64,000 bases of DNA from Sodalis sp. (in: enterobacteria) (GCA_052258065.1 JBQQPY010000002.1:593432-657431), one strand, 5' to 3'. Shown: positions 34,036-44,169, numbered from the stretch's first letter. Program-made: numbers and translations. The notes: generated by a model from the sequence alone, not told the origin.

Positions 34036-34188
34036 GGCCTACGACTGCGAGATGCAATGCTATACGTATGACGGATGAGCTTCTAGACGGCGCGCGGCCT
34101 GGCAAGAACAGCGGTTATACCGCGCTCGGCTTTTTCATCAACATAAACTCGCTGAAGCTCATTTCTTTTTCCGTTACGCGCGCGTTGA

Positions 34189-35424
34189 CTAGTAGCGCTT
34201 CAACCCCCGCACTTCCAGTGCCATGTTATACATGTCGTCCATCAGCCGTTTATTCTTGCCGTAGAGCTTGGCAACTTCTTTCGGATCTTCGTAAGCTGAC
34301 GCTATTTCTTCAATTAGCGCGCTGACGAGGGTCTCGTCCGCTTTCAGTGCATGTTTGCGGACAACTTCGCCTAGCAGGAGGTCGATCTTGACGTGGCGCT
34401 TAGCCTGTTCTTTAAAGAGCTCGCGCGGCAATGGCAGCGCCTGTCTTTCTTTGCAACTGAAGCGCTGTGCTGCCTGGCGTTTCAAGACGTCGATTTTACC
34501 GTCGACCAGCGCCGCTGGAACGTGAATATCGTTCAGGCTAAGCAGACCGTCAATCACTTGATTTCTTATACAGCTGCGCACGGCGCTTTTTAGCTCACGC
34601 TCCATGTTTTTACGCACTGCGGCGCGCAAGCTCGCCAAAGTACCGTCGGCGATACCGAAACGTTTAATCAAGGCCTCATTCAGCTTCGGCATTTCACGGC
34701 GCTCAACTTTTTTGAGCTCTACGGCGAACAGCGCGGCTTTGCCTTTTAAATTTTCTGGGTAGTCGTCTTCCGGGAAACGGATGCTGATGTCAAAACTTTC
34801 GCCCGCTTTATGACCAATGATACCGTCTTCAAAACCGGGAATTATTTGGTTCTGGCCTATAGCCAACACAAAGTTGGTGACTTTTCCGGCCTCAAGCGCT
34901 TTGCCGTCAATAGTGCTACCGAAGTCGACCGTAACGCGGTCTTCCGCGCCGGCGACATCGGCTGTTTCTTTCCATTCGGCCTGTTGTTTGTACAGCGTTT
35001 CTAACATGCTATCAACATCAGTTTCCTTCACTTTCACCTGTGGTTTTTCAACTTCAATAATGTCTAGTCCCGTTAATTTAACTTCAGGATAAACTTCAAA
35101 TTCTACCGCATAGCTGAAATCTTTGCCGGTCTTGTATTCGTCTAGGATATAATTCGGCACGCCCACCGGATTTATTTTTTCCTGGATAATAGCGTCGATA
35201 AAGTGCCGCTGTACCAATTTGCTCAGCACCTCCTGACGGACACTGGCACCATAGCGCTGCGCAAGAATGTTCATAGGGACTTTCCCTTTGCGAAAGCCGG
35301 CTACGCGGACTTTTTTGGCGACGTTTACCAACTCGCTTTTCACTGCTTGCTCAATCGTATCGGCGGCAACGGTAATATTTATACGGCGCTCTAGGCCTTC
35401 GGTGTTCTCAACAGAAACTTGCAT
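34189..35424 (-). CDS. tig: Trigger factor, with the C-terminal ~25 residues lost to a frameshift
   Basis: 411 aa, colinear with E. coli Tig up to ..[10 protein letters not shown], then VRGLKRY*. The homologous tail (..[21 protein letters not shown]..) continues in another frame to TAA at 34,115-34,117. The break is at or next to a G5 run (C5 at 34,204-34,208 on +). Confidence 0.9.
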   Translation of the reverse strand: MQVSVENTEGLERRINITVAADTIEQAVKSELVNVAKKVRVAGFRKGKVPMNILAQRYGASVRQEVLSKLVQRHFIDAIIQEKINPVGVPNYILDEYKTGKDFSYAVEFEVYPEVKLTGLDIIEVEKPQVKVKETDVDSMLETLYKQQAEWKETADVAGAEDRVTVDFGSTIDGKALEAGKVTNFVLAIGQNQIIPGFEDGIIGHKAGESFDISIRFPEDDYPENLKGKAALFAVELKKVERREMPKLNEALIKRFGIADGTLASLRAAVRKNMERELKSAVRSCIRNQVIDGLLSLNDIHVPAALVDGKIDVLKRQAAQRFSCKERQALPLPRELFKEQAKRHVKIDLLLGEVVRKHALKADETLVSALIEEIASAYEDPKEVAKLYGKNKRLMDDMYNMALEVRGLKRY

Positions 35425-35583
35425 CTCGTTACCTCAAAAAATCACAATGTTTTATCAACGCTAGAAGCAGTTTTTAAAGAGACACCTATCCAGAGTCTAC
35501 TGACGTAAAATTGCTTCTTAAAATCGGGGTAGTCTGAAGAATTAAAATCTGTTGCCCGTTATCAGGACTATTCTTAGTATCTG

Positions 35584-35612
35584 ATTATAGCGAGATAAGG
35601 TTTATGAGTCGA
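35584..35612 (-). promoter_or_regulatory. Candidate sigma70 promoter for tig
   Basis: Minus strand reads TCGACT-17 nt-TATAAT about 160 nt upstream of the tig ATG. Sequence pattern only. Confidence 0.35.
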
Positions 35613-35623
35613 GAACGGCGCGT

Positions 35624-36022
35624 CTATTGCACTGTGCGCGAGTAGAGCAGGCTAACAAAGCCGGAAGGTCGATGCCTCACTCTTCTAGCCGACTGACCCT
35701 TTACTGATACGGAGCAGCCTGTCAGTCTGGCAAGCGGGGAGACTGGCACTGAATACTGCAGTCCTTCCCACTCTTTTACAGTGTAGGTGTGCAACGCCAG
35801 CGCATGCACATGACCCGCCAGCTCATCCGCCAGAACACTGTATATCGCGCGATGGCGTCTCAGGATAGGCTCGCCGTTAAAGTAATCACTGACCAATACC
35901 ACCTTAAAATGACTCTCAGAGCCCGCTGGAACATTATGCCGGTAACTTTCATTGACTACTTCTAAATATAAAGGAATAAACTCTACCCTGATTTTTATTT
36001 CTATTTTCTCGCGAATCATCAT
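35624..36022 (-). CDS. bolA: BolA family transcriptional regulator with a 27-aa C-terminal read-through extension
   Basis: [47 protein letters not shown]...[17 protein letters not shown] is colinear with E. coli BolA (105 aa). Codon 106 is TCA instead of a stop, so the ORF runs to 132 aa. GAGGAG SD. Confidence 0.85.
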   Translation of the reverse strand: MMIREKIEIKIRVEFIPLYLEVVNESYRHNVPAGSESHFKVVLVSDYFNGEPILRRHRAIYSVLADELAGHVHALALHTYTVKEWEGLQYSVPVSPLARLTGCSVSVKGQSARRVRHRPSGFVSLLYSRTVQ

Positions 36023-36109
36023 GTCTTCTCCTCAAGTCTAAGCAGAGCGCGTTGCCCTATCAATTAAAAATTGAACTGATTATTTTTTAATATCTAGAGT
36101 CATATTATA

Positions 36110-37255
36110 TATTAAATAATGATGAATGCAGATGCTTGAGCTTAATACGAGCGTTATCAGTGGTGAAGAAATGCTATCGATCTTCGCGTTTATCTGGTCA
36201 CGTTGCGTCTTCTAAACGGTTACTTCACTCCGCAATATTTTAATCTTGTGAATATAACGATTCAGGAATTAGCTGATGAGTAAATTTAGTTCGATTTCTG
36301 CTATGTGTAGCCAAGTTCAAAACGATTCGATAAAGCATTAGCCTAATCTGGCAGGAAGGCCGAGCAAAACTAACCTGGGCTATGGATGTTAAGCTTGTTT
36401 ATAACCAACATAATTCGGTGTGCGTAAAGATATTGCATTAAAATATTTTTAAGAAAGTAAGCCTTATCGATCTTGGCACTATGCTCGTTCCATGTTGAGT
36501 CACCTTAGTTAACCGACGACCAGCTAACGATTCACTGCCCATGAAGACATTAGACACCCTAGTAGCTTATGTTTATCGCTCTTCCGAGCAGGCTTTCCAG
36601 GCCTAAACGGTAACACCACGCGCGTATGTCTAGTCAATTAATAAGAAGTCTTGTCTATGAAAAATACTGGATATATCGGGTCATAGCGCCAACAATAGAT
36701 GTTCAGTACATTCTCCATTACTGTAACGAACTCAGCATCGCCTTCTGGCGGCATAACCCAGCCGATCTTCGTCTAGGGTTTCATTTCGTTTTCTAGTGTG
36801 CGCCTCACTGTTTCAGGCAAGATCGTTTTAATGTATTGCAGTTCTACTGCTTTATCGGGAAACAGTTGCAAGTTTTACTGTCACGGCCCTCTAGCAGCTC
36901 GCTGCGGCTTAGCGAAATTAAATGCGTCTCTGAATCACAATCCACAATACACTTATACACTCGCTTGCTCGGTTTACAGTGCAGGATTTTCTTAAAACTT
37001 TCTTAGATAAAATAACGCTTTACCCGATTAATCTTGCCATAACCTATTTGTAAAATATCGACTAATGCCTTACTATTCCGTTGCTTTACATTTTTAACTA
37101 ATATATTGAAATTCAAAAAATCAATGCATTCACAACCTTCTATTCAGCATGCCTACTCTCTCTGATCAATGCATGCAGTTGCGTTCTTTCTTCCAATATA
37201 AGGATAATAATGTATTTTCCTATTCCTCTATTATCTAATGGATTGAAATAGAGTT
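36110..37255 (-). mobile_element. IS630-family type B, near full length, decayed
   Basis: Colinear with 10,189-11,363. Relics include ..YDPIYPVFFIDKTSY*LTRHTRVVLPFRPGKPARKSDKHKLLGCLMSSWAVNR*LVVG*LR*LNMERA*CQDR*GLLS*.. and an HTH relic at 36.9-37.2 kb. Confidence 0.65.
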
Positions 37256-37261
37256 TTTACT

Positions 37262-37405
37262 ACCGTTATTCCGCATCTAAATCAGAAATAAACAGAAGAA
37301 TTAATGAAAATTAAAAATAAATAAAATAAATAAGTTATGATCAATTCATGCTAGTTACTTATTTAATTACAATTATTAATTTATAATTATAGGCATATTC
37401 CGCAT
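37262..37405 (+). repeat. IS1595-type left-end sequence bounded by a direct repeat ATTCCGCATCT
   Basis: ..TTATTCCGCATCTAAATCAG..GAAAATTAAAAATAAATAAAATAAATAAGTTATG..ATATTCCGCATCT. Same block as 9,918-10,050, 53,440-53,540 and 53,010-53,092 (reverse complement). Confidence 0.5.
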
Positions 37406-38235
37406 CTCTTGTAGACGACGCTGTCGCCCGCTTAGGAAGCCTGATCCATTTCCCTTTGGAAAATGCTTTCTCGCTCTGGATGATCTGTTGGCGGTTGCGC
37501 ACGAATTCTTAAACCCCACCGCATCTGAATCTGGCCTGGCTTGCTATTTACGCAGGCATTAATTGAGGCGTTTGCATGACACAAAGAAGCAAGGCACCAA
37601 AGCCAGAGCGCAACGCATTTAAAAGCTATGAGGCTGATTGTCTGCATGTTGATGTGAAACATCTTCCACAGTTGATGTAAAATATCTTCTATGAATTCCA
37701 CATAAAACCTCACGAAATTATCATTTCGTAAATATAGTTTGAGCGACTCAATAAGTTTTGTCCGTCTCTATAAAGCTATGATCCCTGCTAATATACGACC
37801 TTTCTTGCTTGATCTTAGTCGAGCACGTTACTTGGCTATTTATCTGACATTTATAGACAATGGCAAAGCATTTACAGACCGGCTTTTATCCTGCGAAAAC
37901 ACTCAGCCACCCAGAAACATGAATTCGACCCTTTATGTAGAGAGCTTGACATAAAATACCGTCTTAGTTCATCGATGCATCGACAAACGAATGGCATGGT
38001 TTAGCGATTTAATGAACGCATAAAAGACATGCTAAAAGCCACTATTTTATTCTGGTAAAGAACTTTATAATACACTGTATCGATATGCTTAGCTCTACAA
38101 TAATAAATTATCTCAATCTGTATAGAGGCAGTAAACTCCATTGAAGCTATAAGATATTGGTAAAAATCAAAACTAAATTATTAAAAATAATACGACATTC
38201 TGAGATTTGACAATAATTGCTAACCTTAACGTCAT
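37405..38235 (+). mobile_element. IS481-family-like element, 5'-truncated, decayed
   Basis: ..EFLNP.., ..FKSYEADCLHVDVKHLPQL.., ..HEFD.., CGACAAACGAATGGCATGGTTTAGCGATTTAAT (QTNGMV.RFN). The right end ..CATTCTGAGATTTGACAATAATTGCTAACCTTAACG lies ~70 nt upstream of dksA. Confidence 0.7.
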
Positions 38236-38303
38236 CTGCTATCTATGGCGGCCTGCTTCCCTCACATTGGGGATTGCGAGTACGTGTTAGAAAAAGGAGC
38301 AAC

Positions 38304-38759
38304 ATGCAAAAAGGGCAAAACCGTAAGACATCTTCCTTGAGCATTCTTGCTATCGCTGGGGTGGAACCATACCAAAAAAAGCCTACTGAAGAGTACATGA
38401 ATGCAGTACAGCTTCTGCATTTCAAGCGAATTCTTGAAGCGTGGCGTAATCAGCTTAGAGATGAAGTGTGGCGTACCGTCTCACATATGCAAGATGAAGC
38501 GACTAATTTTCCTGATCCGGTAGATCGTGCTACGCAGGAAGAAGAGTTCAACCTTGAGATGCGCAACCGTGATCGGGAACGTAACCTCATCAAAAAAATT
38601 GAGAAAACCCTTAAGAAAGCAGAAGATAATGATTTCGGCTTCTGTGAATCCTGCGGGGTAGAAATTGGCATTCGTCGTCTGGAAGCGCGTCCGACCGCAG
38701 ATTTATGCATCGACTGCAAGACTCTGGCAGAAATTCGCGAAAAACAGATGACAGGGTAA
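38304..38759 (+). CDS. dksA: RNA polymerase-binding transcription factor DksA
   Basis: 151 aa from ATG 38304 (AGGAG SD at 38,295-38,299). [51 protein letters not shown].. with the zinc finger [26 protein letters not shown] is near-identical to E. coli DksA. Confidence 0.96.
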   Translation: MQKGQNRKTSSLSILAIAGVEPYQKKPTEEYMNAVQLLHFKRILEAWRNQLRDEVWRTVSHMQDEATNFPDPVDRATQEEEFNLEMRNRDRERNLIKKIEKTLKKAEDNDFGFCESCGVEIGIRRLEARPTADLCIDCKTLAEIREKQMTG

Positions 38760-38799
38760 GTATAAAGCTAGTTTACTGCGATATCGTTTAGGGAAAATC

Positions 38800-39720
38800 A
38801 TGACATCGCGGTAGCTACACGGTTACTCTTTTTCACCATCATATTAATCTCTGCCGGCCTACATCAGGCGCAGTGCGCCTTCGCCGTCCCGCACTCTTCA
38901 TTTTAGTTCTCTTATCGCCAGTCTCCTGCGCTATTTTTAGCCTGCGCCTGTGGTGGTCAAGATGCTCTTTTGCGCCAACTCAAGCATTACACAACCAACA
39001 TTGGGATGAGACGGTCATGCATTAGTCGCAGCGGCATGAGACCTAAGAGACCTATTTAATGGTACTAGCAACGCTGCGTTAGCGCGGCTTCTGCTACCAC
39101 TGCGACTGCACGCGTAGCCGTATCCAAAATTTCGGCGGTGATGACGACGATCACTGCCGAGAACGGCGGGTTTCCGCAGCTGGCACTACCATCCGGACGC
39201 ATGAAATCTCACAGCTGCTCCATTTCCAGAACTAGCTCCAGAGAGCGATAGGCCCACCAAACGCTAACGCGAGAGGCTTTTATTGCCCGCTGCCGTGATA
39301 TGCTATTGAAATATCATCTAGCGATGGCGGTAGACCATGCGGCGATAGGCGCGACAAAGGTAGTGCGCAGCCAGGATCTCATCGCGCCAACAGTACGCTA
39401 ATTGGCGCTCTATCGTTAATTAGATTATAAAGAATCCGACTATATCTATCTGCCATTGGCGTCTGCTCGAGTAGTTCTGAAGCTTTCAAAATAAAATCAC
39501 GTGCCGGTGCTACTGATGAGCGATCTCTAGCCTCTGCTAGCACATGCGCTACGGCCGCTAAATCAGCCGTTACCGCTGCAATGGCGCGTTATGCCCTTTG
39601 AGAATCTATTAAACTAAGTGGTCAAGCGCTCGCGGCTTGAGCCGTGCTGACTAGGCTGGTGCCGTAAGGGACAAGACACCTGCCCATTCTCAAACTTGGT
39701 AGGGTAAGCTATCATTAAGC
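38800..39720 (+). pseudogene. gluQ: Glutamyl-Q tRNA(Asp) synthetase, length-conserved pseudogene
   Basis: Sits in the dksA-gluQ-pcnB slot. ATGACATCGCGGTAG puts a stop at codon 5. Relics in shifting frames: ..RFAPSPSGTLHFGSLIASL.., ..YYCDCTRSRIQNFGG.., ..IIARCRDMLLKYHLAMAVDHAAIGATKVVRSQDLIAPTVR*LALY.. Compare E. coli GluQ ..RFAPSPSGELHFGSL.., YYCTCTRARIQ and ..AYNLAVVVDD..GVTEIVRGADLIEPTVRQI.LY. Confidence 0.85.
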
Positions 39721-39746
39721 CGCTGTTTTACGTTGTTCCTGTTTAT

Positions 39747-41159
39747 TTGTTACTATTGAGGTGTACTATTTTTACCCGAGTAGCCAAATTTTGCCGCAAG
39801 GTGCTCAATCATGAAAGCGTGGAAACGGCACCAGAGGATAGACGCCCTTTAACGATTATTCCACGCACTCAGCACTCGATTTCTCGCAAAGAGATTAGTG
39901 AAAATGCTTTAAAGGTGCTTTACCGCTTAAACAAAGCGGGATACGAAGCCTATTTAGTCGGCGGCGGTGTTCGCGATCTGCTGCTGGGTAAAAAACCTAA
40001 GGACTTTGACATCACGACCAGCGCCACGCCAGAACAGATGCGTAAACTGTTTCGCAACTGCCGACTAGTTGGCCGCCGTTTTCGCCTCGCCCACGTCATG
40101 TTCGGGCCTGAAATTATCGAAGTTGCCACATTCCGCGGGCATCATCAGGTGCTAGAGCTTGAGGAAAGCGTGACGGCGAGCGCCCTTACCGGCCACAACG
40201 GCATGTTGCTGCGAGATAATATTTTCGGATCCATCGAAGAAGACGCGCAGCGTCGCGACTTCTCGGTAAACAGCCTATATTACAGCGTGGCCGATTTTAC
40301 TCTGCGCGACTATACCGGCGGATTAAAAGATTTGCGGGATGGCACTATTCGCCTCATTGGCGATCCAGAAACCCGCTACCGGGAAGATCCGGTCCGGATG
40401 CTCCGCGCTTTGCGATTTGCCGCTAAACTGGACATGACCATCAGTCGAGAAACCGCTGAACCAATCCCCCGGCTGGCGGCGCTTTTGCACGATATTTCCC
40501 CGGCGCGGCTTTTTGAAGAAGCGCTCAAGCTTCTACAGGCTGGCCATGGTGAAGCTACCTATCGTCTACTGTGCCAATACCAGCTGTTCCAACCGCTGTT
40601 TCCGCTGATAAGCTGTAATTTTACCGAGCACGGCGACAGTTATATGGAACAGATGCTGATCCGTGTACTATCTAATACCGATCAGCGCTTACGCAATCAT
40701 ATGCGAGTCAATCCGGCTTTCTTATTCGCCGCCATGCTGTGGTATCCCCTGTTAGGGCATGCGCAGAAACTGACTAAGGAAAGCGGCCTGTCCTATTTTG
40801 ATGCCTTTTCTCTAGCGACAAACCATATTCTCGATGAACAATGCCGCACGCTGGCGATACCTAAACGCTTAACCGCCCTGATGCGCGATATGTGGCAGCT
40901 CCAGCTGCGGCTGTCTCGGCGCCAGGGTAAGCGCGCCCATAAGCTTATAGAACATCCTAAATTCCGTGCCGCCTATGATTTATTGACACTGCGCGCTGAA
41001 ATGGAAAACAACGCCGAACTGCAGCGGCTCAGTCACTGGTGGATAGAGTTCCAAGTAGCCGCACCGCCGCGGCAAAAGAACATGCTAATTACGCTCGGCG
41101 ATGACGCACTTGCTCGCACTCATCCGCACCGTTGGGCGCCCAACCGCGATAGCGCTTAG
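39747..41159 (+). CDS. pcnB: Poly(A) polymerase I. The homologous start is probably ATT at 39768.
   Basis: Colinear with E. coli PcnB from [13 protein letters not shown].. (..[39 protein letters not shown]..). TTG 39747 is the first canonical start. ATT 39768 aligns with the E. coli AUU start and follows GAGGTG. Confidence 0.93.
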   Translation: MLLLRCTIFTRVAKFCRKVLNHESVETAPEDRRPLTIIPRTQHSISRKEISENALKVLYRLNKAGYEAYLVGGGVRDLLLGKKPKDFDITTSATPEQMRKLFRNCRLVGRRFRLAHVMFGPEIIEVATFRGHHQVLELEESVTASALTGHNGMLLRDNIFGSIEEDAQRRDFSVNSLYYSVADFTLRDYTGGLKDLRDGTIRLIGDPETRYREDPVRMLRALRFAAKLDMTISRETAEPIPRLAALLHDISPARLFEEALKLLQAGHGEATYRLLCQYQLFQPLFPLISCNFTEHGDSYMEQMLIRVLSNTDQRLRNHMRVNPAFLFAAMLWYPLLGHAQKLTKESGLSYFDAFSLATNHILDEQCRTLAIPKRLTALMRDMWQLQLRLSRRQGKRAHKLIEHPKFRAAYDLLTLRAEMENNAELQRLSHWWIEFQVAAPPRQKNMLITLGDDALARTHPHRWAPNRDSA

Positions 41160-41704
41160 TGGAACGCGTCTGGCTAGCCCTGGGCAGCAATCTGCTCGAA
41201 CCGCGGCAGCAGGTAAGCGCCGCTCTTAAGGCGCTAACGCGCATGCCGCACACCCGCCTTGTCGCCTGTTCCTCCTACTACCGTAGCCGCCCGCTCGGCC
41301 CGCAGGAGCAGCCTGATTTCCTTAATGCTGTGGTGGCGCTGGACACTACCCTCGCGCCGGAAACGCTGCTGAGTCATACTCAGTCTATTGAATTACGCCA
41401 AGGAAGAACCCGCAAGGGGCATCGCTTCGGACCCCGCACGCTGGATCTGGATATTTTGCTTTTCGGGGATCGTATGATCGCTACCCGCAACTTAACGGTG
41501 CCGCATTACGACATGCACAACCGCGAATTCATGCTTTACCCCCTTGCCGAGCTGAAACCGAACCTGCTGCTTCCTGATGGAAGCATGCTGGCTGAGCTAC
41601 TACGTCAGGTACCGCGTAACGGTCTGATCTATTGGGATGAGGAGCACCGCTACCACAAAGCAAGAAGGCTTTCTCTACAGTTAGACGCCGACGCAGCGAA
41701 TTAA
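41159..41704 (+). CDS. folK: 2-amino-4-hydroxy-6-hydroxymethyldihydropteridine pyrophosphokinase
   Basis: The GTG start overlaps the pcnB stop (TAGTG). ..ALGSNL..P..QV.AALKAL...P......SS.YR..PLGPQ.QPD.LNA.VAL.T.LAPE.LL.HTQ.IE..QGR.RK..R.GPRTLDLDI.LFG.....T..LTVPHYDM.NR.FML.PL. is colinear with E. coli FolK and ~20 aa longer at the C-terminus. Confidence 0.92.
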   Translation: MERVWLALGSNLLEPRQQVSAALKALTRMPHTRLVACSSYYRSRPLGPQEQPDFLNAVVALDTTLAPETLLSHTQSIELRQGRTRKGHRFGPRTLDLDILLFGDRMIATRNLTVPHYDMHNREFMLYPLAELKPNLLLPDGSMLAELLRQVPRNGLIYWDEEHRYHKARRLSLQLDADAAN

Positions 41705-41904
41705 TACACAACGCTGAAGAGTACGGCCTTCATGCTTTATTAACGCATCACCGCACAGTACAGGTCTAATTAAATACCGAAATGTTTTGTGCAATAAATA
41801 CTACACCCCTCCAGTAAAGCTTCTATTAACATAAAGTCTGGCTTAAAACAAAGTGTACTCCTTAAGTGACAGTAAGCGTGCCCGCAATACAGATATTCTA
41901 TAGC

Positions 41905-42150
41905 ATTATCACTATTTTTATTTGCGCAAACAGAAGCAAAAACAGCGCAAATTCGCTTTTATTACACCACCTTTCCTGCATGCTCGCTAAGCAGGGGCTT
42001 AAGGCAGTCTTAGTAGACTTATTCATTATGCATAACAATGCGGGGCCATGACTCCCTGCTACAGGTTAACATAGAAAACATGGTTTATTCTACTTGCTGC
42101 GTGCGCTACGTGACTGGCCGATACCGTTAGCGATCTGACTGCGGGCGCAC
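41905..42150 (+). pseudogene. panB: Ketopantoate hydroxymethyltransferase N-terminal relic, truncated by IS481
   Basis: Read across two frames: ..SCMLAKQGLKAVLVDLFIM.. and ..RGHDSLLQVNIENMVYSTCCVRYVTG.. Compare E. coli PanB ..[48 protein letters not shown]... It occupies the position downstream of folK, as in E. coli. Confidence 0.6.
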
Positions 42151-42164
42151 CCGTCTTCGGACGC

Positions 42165-43235
42165 CCGGACCTTGCCAAATCCCGAAAAGTAGCAGGGTTA
42201 CTTTTTATAAATTTAGGTTTAATTTTGTACTAATGTTTCATAAACTATAATCCAATTTTGCTGCTAACACTGCTTGAAGCAATTGCTAATTGTATAACTA
42301 GACATATCAGTAGAGTATGCTTCTAAGCTCTTCATAGGAATAGAAGTAGCAGAGTGGTTTTCCACTATACTTTCTACTATATAATTATAAAATCGCTTAA
42401 CCATAACATTCGTTTGTGTGTGCATCGGTGGGCTAAAACGGTGTTCTATAAAAGCTTTGCACATAAGCGGTCGAATTCATTTTTCTTAGCGACTAGGCAT
42501 TTTGGCAGGCTAGAAAATAATCTGTAAATTTTTTACCATTGTCTGCCAGTACCCGATGAATCGTCATGGGACATTCTCGACTAAGATCACGCTAAAAACG
42601 TCGTGCATTAGCCGCGGTTTTGGCTTTATAGAGAGGGATAATAACACATCAGTCTCCTGATCTATACCCCCTTAAAAGATAAGGTCGTGACGTTTTATTT
42701 AGAATTTTTTGCAGGCATTTCCCATCAGCATGTAGGCAACCAATCTCATAGCTTTTAAACTCTTTGTGCTTTCGTTTGATATTTTCTCCTTCATGTTACG
42801 CAAACGATCCATTCTTACGTAAACAGCGATCTGGGCTAGATCGAGATACGGCTGGACTCAGAGATTCGCGTACGACCGCCAACAGATCGTTCAGAAGAAA
42901 GAGGGCTTCTTTGGGAAGCCTACCACTGCTTCACGAGCGAGCGACTGCATTGCCTGAAATAATGAGGAATATGCCTTGTAGTCCTTAACACTATCTGGGT
43001 TTTGTTATTTAGAGACGGTCGGTTTAAAGATGATATAACGCTTCGCCAAAGTAGATTCAGGCTCGCTGCTTGCCTGCAATGCCGACTCTGATTTTAGGTG
43101 TTGTAGTTACCTCACTACGAAGCCTGATTATCATGATATTTTACCCTTAACTATACTCCTTAGTAGCCATCTTGCCATGAACAGGATTTACACTCCGAAG
43201 ATTTCTGGGACTAAACACTTCTTTGGATAAAGCAG
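42165..43235 (-). mobile_element. IS481-family-like element, near full length, decayed
   Basis: ORF 42264..42464 reads ..CKAFIEHRFSPPMHTQTNVMVKRFYNYI.. (IEHR...P..PQTNGMVERFN). ..FKSYEIGCLHADG.. relic at 42.75 kb. HTH relic at 43.0-43.1 kb. Confidence 0.7.
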
Positions 43236-43239
43236 ACAA

Positions 43240-43577
43240 TTAAGAAAGCATGAGGATGGTTGCGCATGTTAAGATTAAATATCTCCTATAAATTTTAGAT
43301 AAAATCTCATGACGTTATCTTTTCTTAGTTATAGATCAAGCAACTTGATAGATTTTTATCCGACTCTATCAATCCAATAGAGCGGCTAATACACCATGTT
43401 TCTTATTCAAGCACGCCCCACGCCTATTTATTGAGCACTTAGAGACAATAGCAAAATTTACAGATCGTTTTTAACCTATAAAAATGCTTAGATATAGGGG
43501 AACATAAATTCCATTTGCTTATATTAAAAATTTCATATAAAACAACATGTTAGCACACTTCTACGGTCATAAACTGA
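43240..43577 (+). mobile_element. IS481-family-like internal fragment abutting the tRNA 3' end
   Basis: ..HVKIKYLL*ILDKIS*RYLFLVIDQAT*.. (HVD.KYL......RYLFVAIDRAT) and later blocks. It ends at the base next to the tRNA-Arg CCA end. Confidence 0.55.
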
Positions 43578-43652
43578 TGGCGTCTCCGACAGGAATCGAA
43601 CCTGTAACTAGCTCTTAGGAGGGGCTTATTATATCCGTTTAACTACGGAGAC
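43578..43652 (-). tRNA. argW: tRNA-Arg (anticodon CCU)
   Basis: The 75-nt reverse complement is GTCTCCGTAGTTAAACGGATATAATAAGCCCCTCCTAAGAGCTAGTTACAGGTTCGATTCCTGTCGGAGACGCCA. It has a perfect 7-bp acceptor stem, T-arm ACAGG/CCTGT with TTCGATT, anticodon loop CTCCTAA and encoded CCA. It is very close to E. coli argW as I recall it. Confidence 0.9.
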
Positions 43653-43899
43653 ACGTTAAGCAATCTTTAGTATAGACTATATGACCTTGGAAAGAAGCAC
43701 CGGATAGCACGCTTACTTACTTCCTAGCCAAAGCGCTAGGTTTCTTGCCCAATAAAACGAAACTCACAGTCATGCAGCAGCGTCTACGCTTTGTAGCAAG
43801 GCATGAAATCACGATAAGAGAGACTGAGCACAGCAGCTCCTACGGCGTGTGTCGCGTACAACGCATCTTATACACCCCAAGAAGCGCGGGGGATGCAGT

Positions 43900-44040
43900 C
43901 TGTGAGTAACAACCGCATTATCTGTGCTTTTCAATGCCCTGATTAAGAAGGGGGTATTAGTGCTCCTAAATTCGGATGTCGATTAAATCGATATTTAAAT
44001 TCAGCTAGCGTCTTCACACCTCAAAGCAGCGATTGCTGCA
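43900..44040 (-). mobile_element. IS1595-family-like C-terminal fragment
   Basis: Reverse-complement translation ..TLAEFKYRFNRHPNLGALIPP.. (YLAEFQYRFNRR.DL.AL.P). Confidence 0.55.
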
Positions 44041-44169
44041 TCGATGAAACTGCAAAAACAAATATTAATAGGTTAAAGAGCCGAAAAAGATGAATTTAAC
44101 AATTCTAATCTTACTATTTCACACACCCATTGGAAAACAATAACACCCACCGCTGATATGCGTCTATTT

